A stretch of DNA of 63,887 nt, the filler included, from Octopus bimaculoides (taxonomy: Eukaryota): the NCBI RefSeq assembly GCF_001194135.2. It is 5 parts of 4 records of this genome, joined end to end, with 100 filler letters (N's around TTAATTAATTAA, not from the genome) between each part and the next. Parts side by side here need not be neighbours in the genome. Positions count along the whole stretch, not along the records: positions 20,261 to 39,867 come from NW_026343229.1; positions 39,968 to 57,316 come from NC_068982.1; 3 more parts are not named here. One strand, given 5' to 3'. Below, in pieces: positions 39,225 through 50,473 of this stretch (positions are counted from its first letter, which is position 1; each line of letters begins with the position of its first letter). The notes beneath the pieces were generated by a model. It searched no databases. It was not told where the DNA came from and worked only from the letters and a program-made list of their open reading frames with translations. The translations under genes were made by a program, and so were the position numbers.

Positions 39225-39376
39225 GAACTGTCGGTGCTAGAAGAAGAAGACCGAGTCTCCGGAGTCTCCATGAAGAGCGACGGAGTCCGTGTCCTCCGTT
39301 TTTCCACAAGGAACACCTTCACCTTCAGCGAGGGAGACTGCATCCAGAAGTTTCTACAGAAATACAAGAAGCCAAA
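39225..39376 (+). CDS. CNBD2/CRIS-like gene, exon 8: degenerate CNB-B cassette (ELSVLEEEDRVSGVSMKSDGVRVLRF...KKP). The gene continues beyond this segment.
   Basis: Long pyrimidine tract, cccag|GAA ... AA|gtaaga; phase 0-2; no stop codon before the linker at 39868. Confidence 0.87.
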
Positions 39377-39409
39377 GTAAGACTAACATGGAATCACCAT
39401 TCTTTTATC

Positions 39410-39505
39410 CTACCATTCTGTCATTCTATCATTCTGTTATTCTACCATTCTGTTACTCTACAATTCTGTTACTCTACCATTCTGCTATTCTACCATTCTG
39501 TCTCA
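39410..39505 (+). repeat. 16-bp minisatellite (ctaccattctgttatt), about 6 copies, just after CNBD exon 8
   Basis: Direct inspection. Confidence 0.8.
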
Positions 39506-39593
39506 CCCCTACCTCGTTCTATCATATGCCATAGAAACCGGGAAACCGGGCCCATGAGGCTGACTAGGCTTTAAAAGGGTGCATAATAATAAA

Positions 39594-39656
<63 letters not shown>

Positions 39657-39803
39657 TATTCATACATATATTTACAATGTCCTGTACCCAGATATGCATC
39701 TATATATACAGGTAGATGTAAGTATGTACATACATGTACATATATATGCATATACTCATTTATTATTTGTATTATATATATACACGCATACATATATATG
39801 TAT

Positions 39804-39856
<53 letters not shown>

Positions 39857-39867
39857 TAATAATATTA

Positions 39868-39967
39868 NNNNNNNNNNNNNNNNNNNNNNNNNNNNNNNNN
39901 NNNNNNNNNNNTTAATTAATTAANNNNNNNNNNNNNNNNNNNNNNNNNNNNNNNNNNNNNNNNNNNN
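39868..39967. other. Artificial scaffold-join linker
   Basis: 44 N + TTAATTAATTAA (39912-39923) + 44 N. Confidence 0.95.
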
Positions 39968-39986
39968 TGTGTGCGTGTGTGTGGTG

Positions 39987-40036
<50 letters not shown>

Positions 40037-40750
40037 GTAAACTAAATCAGTAGCTTTTAATTGCGATCTCTGACAATCAAACAAAGGCCAGAATCTTTTG
40101 AGCATGTAACACTCGTTCAAATTGGTTCTGGCGCAATACTAGTATTTATTGTAAGAAGCTCGATTAAATTTCACAATTTAATTTCTTTCTCACTCTTCCA
40201 ATTCTGTCAGTCCGCTACCGTTCAATAACCTATAATATCTTGATTCTAACTGTAAATAAGCTGATATCTATGATATTCAAAGGTGATAATTCTCTCTTTC
40301 TAAGGCGGCGTACTGGCAGAAACGCTAGCACGCCGGGCGAAATGCTTAGCAGTATTTCGTCTGTCTTTACGTTCTGAGTTCAATTTCCGCCGAGGTCGAC
40401 TTCGCCTTTCATCCTTTCGGGATCGATAAACTAAGTATCAGTTGCGTGCTGGGGTCGATCTAATTGACTGGCCCCTCCCCCAAAATTTCGGGACTTGTGC
40501 TTAGAGTAGAAAAGAATATTTCTCTCTTTCTAATTTTAGCGTAAGGCCAGTATTTTTCAGGGGAGGAAAAAGTCTGTAACCTCGTGCTCAGTACTTATTT
40601 TATCGAGTCCAAAATGATGAAAGACAAAGTCAACTTCGTCGGGATTTGAATTCAAAACATGAAGAGCTGGAAATGCTCGGATAATAATGGCGTTCAAATT
40701 TTGGTAAATTATGTATAGTTATTATGACTGTAACTTCATACAACGTCAGC

Positions 40751-40786
<36 letters not shown>

Positions 40787-41024
40787 TGTAAGAATGTACG
40801 AAAGTGGTCTATTAGATTTAAAGATAAAACGTTTCCCTTCACGAATGACAAGAGGATAAAGTATTGGACGTAATCATACTTGAGTTTCTATAAATCAAAT
40901 ATCTAAGTGTGGGTTTAGCCTGTTTAATGATCAACATTGAGTTGCTGTGATACACCCAATTTCGGCTTTTACGTAAGCACATGAATAACGCCATTACTAT
41001 ATATATATAAATATATATATATGA

Positions 41025-41385
41025 AGGTGCATGGCTGAATTGGTTACGAGCTTACGACCGTGAGGTTGTGAGTTCGATTTCCGGACCGGGCGACGTGTTG
41101 TGTTCTTGAGCAGGACACTTTATTTCACGTTGCTCCAGTTCACTCAGCTGTAGAAATGAGTTGCGATGTCACTGGTGCCAAGCTGTGTTGGCCTTTGTCT
41201 TTACCTTGAATAACATCGGTGGCATGAAGAAGTGAGGTTGGTATGCATGGGTGACTGCTGGTCTTCCACAAAAACAACCCTAGGTTGTTCGTTCGCCGAC
41301 AAGGTGACTTTCCACCCAGACTTTTACCCTCCGAGGGGAACCTCTTAGGTGCACCCATGGTCATTCGTGACCGACGGAGTCCTTA
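41025..41385 (+). mobile_element. tRNA-derived SINE family E
   Basis: Head with gagttcgattt, core tcttgagcaggacactttatttcacgttgctccag; related fragments at 29928-30180 (+), 45290-45420 (-) and 7860-7985 (-). Confidence 0.75.
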
Positions 41386-41411
41386 TCTATCTTTAAATAT
41401 ATATATATATA

Positions 41412-42695
41412 CAGAGAGAGAGAGAGAGTGAGAGAGAGTGCGGTTGTCTAAATTACACAAAAGAATAAATAAAACTGACATCTCACCTTAACAAATATAT
41501 TCACCAAAATTACATTAAAATATTTTGAAATACTAAAGAGTAAATTTATTCTTAAAATCGCTATTCAACCACGGCCTCCGGACAACTTCAGAATCTCCTG
41601 CAACTTTTTTGGACGGTCTACTTGCTTAAGCTGGTGAATGCTGCCAGAACCCTTGCTTTCGGTTCATCTTTGGCGTTACAAGGAGTGTTGTTGATCTCTC
41701 ACTCAACGGAGTTTTTGGGTCTCTTGTTCAACTGCACCCCACGCATAATAATCAAGGGGGTTGCAGTCTGAGGTGTCAGGCGGCCAGATGTTAGGGCTGA
41801 TGTGGTCGCAGAAATTGTCTGACAGCCATGACTGGGTTCTGCTGCTGGTGTAGCATGGTGCAGAGTCCTGTTGCCAGACATAGGGTTTTCCAGCAGCCAC
41901 CCTCTTGACCCAGGGCAGCACTATCTCCTCTAGGCACTTGATGTAGGCCTCTGTATTGACTCTGAGGCCGTGTGAGAAGATGAATGGAGGCATAATGTCG
42001 CCATCACTAGTGATCAATCCAAACACCAAGATGTTGACTGGATGTTTGATTTTTATCACTCTCGGTACACATTTTGTGTGTTCACCATCTGATCCTGGAA
42101 GGAAGTTTTGTCGTCTGAGAAAAACCAATGCATGTTCGGTTGGAAGGAATGCTTGAGTTTGTTCAAAAGCTTCATAGCCCGATATTTCCTCCTGTCTTTG
42201 GTGGCTTGGGATAAAAATTGGCTCTTTCTCCTCTTGTATGAAGAATACTGAATGTCTTCATCCACTTACTGATTAGAAACTCAGACACTCCCATGTCCCT
42301 AGCAATGGACCTGATTGACTTTACGGATCGTTGTCAACAAATTCAAGTGTTCTTTTCTTGTCTGAATGATCAGAGTGAGTTTTCCGAGCTGCCGTATCTT
42401 CATCATCACATTTAGATTCATCCAACTTTTTCCGAAACCTCTGCACTGTTCTCAGATTGACACCCAAGCACTAAAATGTTCGTATTAAAGCTTGTTGCGC
42501 GAATGCCAAGCAGTACATCATGCCTTTTCTAAATTTCTGGCACAGTGATTTGCGTCATGGTACTGTTTTTTTTTCCTCACAGACAGTGCCCAACTGATTC
42601 TACTATACTGTGTAGTCGACAAAATCAAAAACATACAATACGAATGCGCGAAATTATAAATACAAAAAGTCGACAATTTACCCATCGCAACCCTG
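41412..42695 (-). mobile_element. Near full-length, decayed Tc1/mariner DNA transposon, DD37D (maT-type) transposase pseudogene
   Basis: Minus-strand fragments HWFFSDDK, VFGLITSDG..MPPFIF, WQQDSAPC...WPPDTSDCNPLDYYAWG with 37 residues between the 2nd and 3rd Asp. The end at 42695 reads TA|CAGGGTTGCGATGGGTAAATTG; about 1.3 kb; frameshifts and stops. Confidence 0.92.
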
Positions 42696-43078
42696 TATAT
42701 ATATATATATATATATATATNNNNNNNNNNNNNNNNNNNNNNNNNNNNNNNNTGTATAATTGGATCCAGCAACTCTAGACTCTGCCTGTCAGTGACTTTC
42801 CCCACCCTCCTTTTCTAAAAGTTATTTCATTCTATCTTATTTTTTATTCGTTTAGTGTTTTATTATTGTATAATATTTTATTTTCGTTTTTATTTTTTAT
42901 TATTTTTTATTTATTTTTGCTACTGATTTTTTTCTGTTACTGAATTTTTAAATTTATTTATTTCTGTTACTGATTTTTTTCACATAATCTTTTTAACTTA
43001 TTTTTTTATTATTACTAATTTTTAGTTTTCATTATTTATTTGTATTATTTTTTATTTTTACATTCCTATACCACACTC

Positions 43079-43109
<31 letters not shown>

Positions 43110-43987
43110 GCACGCACACACAAAGACATACACATATACCACACACACATCCGCGCGCGTGCACACACACACGTACACACGCCCCACACAACCCGAGCGC
43201 ATACGCGTGCACACACACACTTCCACACGCACGCACACACGCGCACGCTCGCATACACATACACATACCCACACCCTTGACTACAATAATGCACCAACAC
43301 ACACACACTCCACATCACCCCTTACTCCCTCTCACTCGCGCACACACGCACACGCACACACACATGAAAGCATTGACACATGAACGCACATATATCTCCA
43401 CATACATAACCATCCACACACACACACAACACAGACACACAACACAGACACAACAAAATGCACACACACATGCACACATATGCACGCATGTACATACATA
43501 CACTGCCATACGCACTCACAATCGCACGCACGTAGACACTCACACATACTCACACGCTCACAGACACACACACACATACCTACACGCACACGAGTACACA
43601 TTTATCTATATACAGAGAGAGACAGATTAACAGAGAGAGAGACACACACATACGAACCCATACACAGGTGCACACAGACCCATACACATATTCTAACTCC
43701 GTCTACGCACACATGCTAACACATACACACACACACACAGCCACACCCGCCCATTCAAAATACTCACACGCACACTCGCTACCATACATACACACGCTAC
43801 CACAAATACACACAGACACACACACACAAACAGGCATACCAACCATTTACTCATTCTTCTGTCCCAGAAATCACTTTCTCTTCCTCCTTCTACTTCCGGT
43901 CACTTCAGAAATGTAACCGCATGTAGACGTGGCGATCTTTCCTCCTTCGTTCTTCTTTCCCTCTGGACCTTCCTGGCTTTCCTCTTT

Positions 43988-44014
43988 CCGACGAAGAGCT
44001 AAGCTCGAAACGTA
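43988..44014 (+). ncRNA. Hammerhead-ribozyme-like motif 1 within a dispersed repeat (about 43920-44100)
   Basis: CCGACGA-A-GAGC-taa-GCTC-GAAAC-GTA. Core position 4 is C rather than the canonical U, and stem I is weak. Confidence 0.45.
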
Positions 44015-44175
44015 AAACAACTCTCTTCTTTCTCCGAGCGCCATATTAATACACTGCCTGTGCTAAGTACAAACGTTTGTTTGTTTGTTTTTGTTTTTCT
44101 TTTTTTCTCTGTTTTTTTTAATTCACTAGCATAACCGCAGCTGCATGGCTGAAACGAGTAAAAGAATAAAAGAAC

Positions 44176-44213
<38 letters not shown>

Positions 44214-44987
44214 CGTTTTGTAGCTGACGTTTGCACTCTACTATTCAATGACATCATTTAAGGTTCATTTTATATTTTCACACACGTCTTGGTGGAGAAC
44301 TTCTCGGGACTATCTACGTAGCAGAAGGTCTTCTCCCACCCGAGAGGATTCAGAGGTATTGAAAATGACTTTAGATGAATACGTTCTATTCAACGCTGCT
44401 TCGCGCGTATATTTATTTTAGGCGTAGGAGTGGCAGTGTGGTTAGTAGCTCGCTTACCAACCACACGGTTCCGGGTTCAGTCCCACTGCGTGGCAACTTG
44501 GGCAAGTGTCTTCTACTATAGCCTCGGGCCGATCAAAGCCTTGTGAGTGGATTTTANNNNNNNNNNNNNNNNNNNNNNNNNNNNNNNNNNNNNNNNNNNN
44601 NNNNNNNNNNNNNNNNNNNNNNNNNNNNNNNNNNNNNNNNNNNNNNNNNNNNNNNNNNNNNNNNNNNNNNNNNNNNNNNNNNNNNNNNNNNNNNNNNNNN
44701 NNNNNNNNNNNNNNNNNNNNNNNNNNNNNNNNNNNNNNNNNNNNNNNNNNNNNNNNNNNNNNNNNNNNNNNNNNNNNNNNNNNNNNNNNNNNNNNNNNNN
44801 NNNNNNNNNNNNNNNNNNNNNNNNNNNNNNNNNNNNNNNNNNNNNNNNNNNNNNNNNNNNNNNNNNNNNNNNNNNNNNNNNNNNNNNNNNNNNNNNNNNN
44901 NNNNNNNNNNNNNNNNNNNNNNNNNNNNNNNNNNNNNNNNNNNNNNNNNNNNTCTCCATTTTTCCATTCTCCGAACTTTCCATCTTT

Positions 44988-45014
44988 CCGACGAAGGGCT
45001 ACGCCCGAAACGTC
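44988..45014 (+). ncRNA. Hammerhead-ribozyme-like motif 2 within a related repeat copy (about 44953-45100)
   Basis: CCGACGA-A-GGGC-tac-GCCC-GAAAC-GTC; stem II differs from copy 1 by a compensatory pair. Confidence 0.45.
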
Positions 45015-45483
45015 ATGCACTCTCTCTTTCCTTTCCCGAGCGTCCAATAACACTATCCGTATCACGTCCTCACTGTGTTGTTTTTTTGTTATTGTTTTTT
45101 GTGTTTTTTTTAACTATATATATATATATATATCCACACACACAAATATCACTCCGTCGGTTACGAGGGCTCCAGTGATCGGCTCAACGTAAAAGCCTGC
45201 TCCTGAAATTAACGTGCGAGTGGCTGAGCACTCCACAGATACGTAACTCTCAGGGAGATTCAGCGTGACACAGAATAAGAAGTACATGTACTCATTTTCG
45301 GCAGCTGAGTTGACTGGAACAACGTGAAGTAAAGTGTCTTGCTCAAGGACACAATGCGTCCCCCGGAATTGAACTCACGACCTTACGATCGTGCGTCCAA
45401 TGCTCTAACCACTAAGCCTTCACTATACACACACACACACACACACACATACGCGCGTGCGCGCACACACACACACACACTCA

Positions 45484-45529
<46 letters not shown>

Positions 45530-46470
45530 CATAACACATATATAGAGAGAGAGGGAGAGAGAGAGAGAGAAAGAGAGAGAGATTACTGAGCTATCCGACC
45601 CCGTAACACCCAAATATTGGAACACCTCAGATAATTTTCTCCTCTAATTATGAAAAAAATATCGAACTGTAAGATATCCAGTGGCTTTGTATCAATTCCT
45701 CTTTCATTTTTGCTAACTAGTTATATCATCATACAAAGCAGTGGCTGTGTTTTCTTAAAGTGCTTCCAAGGAACATGTTAGGCGATATATTAAACAAGAT
45801 AAGAGTAAAGATGTAACCAAATATTTTTAAAAGACGCATTTAAGGTAATATGACTGTAAATGATATATCCCAGGACGCTGAAAATTAATCATTTTCCAGA
45901 AATAAACACATTAGCAAAAAGAACATTTTTTTTATATTCTATAATTTCGGATGTATGTTTCGTATTGAACACAGCAAAGCAGCAAAAACCACCCACTTTG
46001 TGACATATTATCTTACTAAATAACGAATATGTTGGGATTTTTTTCTTCCTTAGACATTTCCCGCCTTTTTATCTACACATGCAGCGGCAATTCATCAAAT
46101 TTATTAGTCCATATTACTTAGAATAAACAGGAAAGCATTTCTATATTTGTATGCGAAGTAGTAAACGAATTTAACTGTGGTTGTGTTCGCATGTATTTGA
46201 AGGCGGTGATATTGGTTGTTTGAAGTGAACATTCAGAAACATAGGAAGAATCATGAATATATATACATGGTTGCATATATTCCCTTTTTCTCTGGTACTT
46301 GTTCGTGTGATTTTAATTCATTACTCATGTATATATTCTTGTATATAGGTGTGTACATGTGTATTTGTGGATCCGTGTGCAGATGAATGAGAATGCGTAG
46401 ATAGAAGGGAAATTAACTTCTTATCAATTGTCAAGGAGTTGTTATAATATTTACACGTTTTGTAGTTCAG

Positions 46471-46626
46471 GGACATCGTTGTTAGATCAGAATTACAAGA
46501 AAGATCGAAGGAGGGAAGACAAACAGAAATAGAAAATAAGCATGAGAAAAGAAACAAAAATGAGAGAGAAGAAATACGAAGGAAGACACTTAACCCAAAG
46601 CATCAATATTGGTTTGAGGAAAATAA
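46471..46626 (+). CDS. Candidate exon (DIVVRSELQERSKEG...PKHQYWFEEN), phase 2-2
   Basis: ttttgtagttcag|G ... AA|gtgaga; 52 open codons, K/E/R-rich. It could simply be a purine-rich intronic tract. Confidence 0.25.
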
Positions 46627-47871
46627 GTGAGAAAGAAAAAGCTAATAAAGCGTGTGGTGTGCTAATAGTGATAATGCTTCAACACTAGCAAACGAGGTGT
46701 CGGCTGAATAACAAAATTGAAACTACAGAATACGACAAACATCTCCAATACTTGCAAACACGACATTGAAATAATTTAAAAACAGATGTCGAATATAAGA
46801 ATTTCGTAAATGTTTATTTCTGAGGGAAGTATAAAAGTAAGTTGTCAGTAAAGGATTTGCAATGTTGCGAATTTTCAAAAGAGTCGAGTATACTCTAGAA
46901 TTATTTCAAAATACAACAAAAACTAATATTTTGGTGTATGATAAAAAAAAAAAAAAGGCCAGCGCTGCACACCTACACATCGGATTTTTACAAGAAAAAA
47001 ATAACGCTGCTCCTACTAATAAAACTTGTTATAGAAAACTGATACGTTCACAGTATTAAGCGTCTTTTCGACATAACGTACTGGTAAACAATCCACAAAT
47101 GATTTAGAAAGAAGATAAAATGTGCGTGGGTATGTGTAGTTATATATAANNNNNNNNNNNNNNNNNNNNNNNNNNNNNNNNNNNNNNNNNNNNNNNNNNN
47201 NNNNNNNNNNNNNNNNNNNNNNNNNNNNNNNNNNNNNNNNNNNNNNNNNNNNNNNNNNNNNNNNNNNNNNNNNNNNNNNNNNNNNNNNNNNNNNNNNNNN
47301 NNNNNNNNNNNNNNNNNNNNNNNNNNNNNNNNNNNNNNNNNNNNNNNNNNNNNNNNNNNNNNNNNNNNNNNNNNNNNNNNNNNNNNNNNNNNNNNNNNNN
47401 NNNNNNNNNNNNNNNNNNNNNNNNNNNNNNNNNNNNNNNNNNNNNNNNNNNNNNNNNNNNNNNNNNNNNNNNNNNNNNNNNNNNNNNNNNNNNNNNNNNN
47501 NNNNNNNNNNNNNNNNNNNNNNNNNATATATATATTCATGCGTAAACATAACAATAAAAAGTAATTAACAGGGAAATTGACATGTATTGTAATGTATACG
47601 CTTTTCAATTAGATGTTAAGAATTTGTTCGTTCAGTAAGGAGGGATCTAGTACGTGAGTTAGTTCTTGAGAACAGTGAGAGCACTGAAAACGTAAGTGTA
47701 CAAGTATTTTAATACGACATGTAGGACAGGGGAATGTGCATGGCTATAAGAAGGACAGGAGGGAAGACTAACTGTGTAGGCGTGTCGTGCATTAATGTAT
47801 ACATATACCGCACACACATGCGCACGAAAGGATACACACACACACACACCCATACATACATGCATACCTAA

Positions 47872-47904
<33 letters not shown>

Positions 47905-48295
47905 TTATAATATATATAATACACGTACATACAGACATTTATCCGCTATGTACACACAGCTATATGTGTGCGTATGTATATATGCGTATGTAGTTGTATG
48001 TGTGTGTATGTGTGTAAAGGTTTCTAATTTAGGCAAAAACTTTTTTTATCATTCATTGTTGATAAAGGGAACGATAATACCAGATTTTTTAGTATCTATT
48101 GTTTTCAGTTTTTAATAGAATATAGTGAATGCCTGTAGCCTTACGGCGATTACCAGATTTGTCTATTTGTCTATCTACCTGTGTGTGGTTGTGTGCTTTC
48201 CAACAATATGGTCTTCGGTTCTGTCCCACTGCGCGGTATCTCGGGCGTCTGCCATTATACCCGCTGACCGACCAAAGCTTTGTAACTAAACCTCG

Positions 48296-48331
<36 letters not shown>

Positions 48332-49742
48332 TTATATATTTATATAAGGACGCAGGTTAGCTGTGTATTAAGNNNNNNNNNNNNNNNNNNNNNNNNNNNN
48401 NNNNNNNNNNNNNNNNNNNNNNNNNNNNNNNNNNNNNNNNNNNNNNNNNNNNNNNNNNNNNNNNNNNNNNNNNNNNNNNNNNNNNNNNNNNNNNNNNNNN
48501 NNNNNNNNNNNNNNNNNNNNNNNNNNNNNNNNNNNNNNNNNNNNNNNNNNNNNNNNNNNNNNNNNNNNNNNNNNNNNNNNNNNNNNNNNNNNNNNNNNNN
48601 NNNNNNNNNNNNNNNNNNNNNNNNNNNNNNNNNNNNNNNNNNNNNNNNNNNNNNNNNNNNNNNNNNNNNNNNNNNNNNNNNNNNNNNNNNATATATACAA
48701 TTTAAAAGTAGGATAAAATCTTTATAAGAATTTATCAAGTATTTAGCGTGAAAAACCTCATAAGGGAAAAATTTATTAATTTATTAGTATATATATTTGG
48801 TCAGCCCGAGGCTACAGTAGAAGACACTTTTCCGTAATGCAAGTAGTATTTTTCCAACCTGCAAATATATATTTCTGCGTCATAACCAGTGCAGCGCTCA
48901 TTCAAACAATGTATTTTATGAGAAGACTTTCTGTCTTTCAGTCACTTCTTTTTCTAAGTGGTTGTTGTTGTTTGTCATCCAAACCAGTTCTGATTGGATA
49001 AATCTATTATCAAAGACGTCCCAGCTATGTCCATCCCGTCCTTTTTTTTTTCAGGCATAGTATACATAGGACTGAATTATCCATAGTGTTCATCAATTCT
49101 TTAAAGTAAGTAGCAGTTGAGCATTGGGGTGGATGTAATCGACTTACCTTCACCCTCGAAATTGATGGCTGTGTGCCAAAATTTGAAACCAATACCAAAT
49201 CAATCCTGATGACTGCATTGTATGCAATCTTCTGACTCTGAAGGGTAGACAAACGTTTCAAGTTTAAAGAGCTTTCATTCGGTTTCATTCCTGTCATCGA
49301 TCTACATTGAAGATGAAAGAATTTTAGGAAAATAATTCACATATGTTGATTTAGACAGAATTAACACAATGTCTTAAAATTCTTCAAAATCAATAGAAAG
49401 AATTCAATGCCTGTCTTTCGTGTAAGCTGTCAAACCTCTTCATAAAATTCAGTGCTGGGCTAACATCACACACGCATTTTTCATGGTCTTAAACGTTGCA
49501 GAAAGTAGTTCTAATGATTTCACTCGTATCTTTATGACACCTCATTAAAATTATATACAGAAACAAAATATACAGATTTGTAAACCCAATGATACAGACT
49601 CACATCAAAACTGAATAAAAATTGGTAGCATATGCCATGCTTTCTCTGCTTGTTTTAAGTACCGATGCAGTCACAAGCAAGTATAGGCAACCTCCCTACT
49701 ATGTCCCCCCGCCATGGACCAAAAGGACATCAAGAGAGAAAC

Positions 49743-49792
<50 letters not shown>

Positions 49793-50302
49793 NNNNNNNN
49801 NNNNNNNNNNNNNNNNNNNNNNNNNNNNNNNNNNNNNNNNNNNNNNNNNNNNNNNNNNNNNNNNNNNNNNNNNNNNNNNNNNNNNNNNNNNNNNNNNNNN
49901 NNNNNNNNNNNNNNNNNNNNNNNNNNNNNNNNNNNNNNNNNNNNNNNNNNNNNNNNNNNNNNNNNNNNNNNNNNNNNNNNNNNNNNNNNNNNNNNNNNNN
50001 NNNNNNNNNNNNNNNNNNNNNNNNNNNNNNNNNNNNNNNNNNNNNNNNNNNNNNNNNNNNNNNNNNNNNNNNNNNNNNNNNNNNNNNNNNNNNNNNNNNN
50101 NNNNNNNNNNNNNNNNNNNNNNNNNNNNNNNNNNNNNNNNNNNNNNNNNNNNNNNNNNNNNNNNNNNNNNNNNNNNNNNNNNNNNNNNNNNNNNNNNNNN
50201 NNNNNNNNNNNNNNNNNNNNNNNNNNNNNNNNNNNNNNNNNNNNNNNNNNNNNNNNNNNNNNNNNNNNNNNNNNNNNNNNNNNNNNNNNNNNNNNNNNNN
50301 NA

Positions 50303-50473
50303 CAGAAAACGAACATTTTCGAACAACGAAAAAAACAAGCAGAGAAACGAGACATGCAACATAAAGAGTATACCCCTTCGTCAGTTGTCCCTGTTCCATC
50401 TACTCCGCATTCGAAGGCAAGGACAATACGCAACTTCGTTGGAATAGTCCTTCCTGCAAAGCAACTTAAATAA
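50303..50473 (+). CDS. Candidate terminal-exon fragment (QKTNIFEQRKKQAEKRDMQHKEYTPSSVVPVPSTPHSKARTIRNFVGIVLPAKQLK*)
   Basis: Open from the gap edge to TAA with protein-like composition. The 5' boundary is hidden in an N gap. Confidence 0.3.
   Translation, partial: QKTNIFEQRKKQAEKRDMQHKEYTPSSVVPVPSTPHSKARTIRNFVGIVLPAKQLK

Noticed and set aside
43988-44988. Exact 1000-bp spacing of the two hammerhead-like motifs
   Set aside because: The interval contains an estimated-length N gap, so the round number is coincidental.
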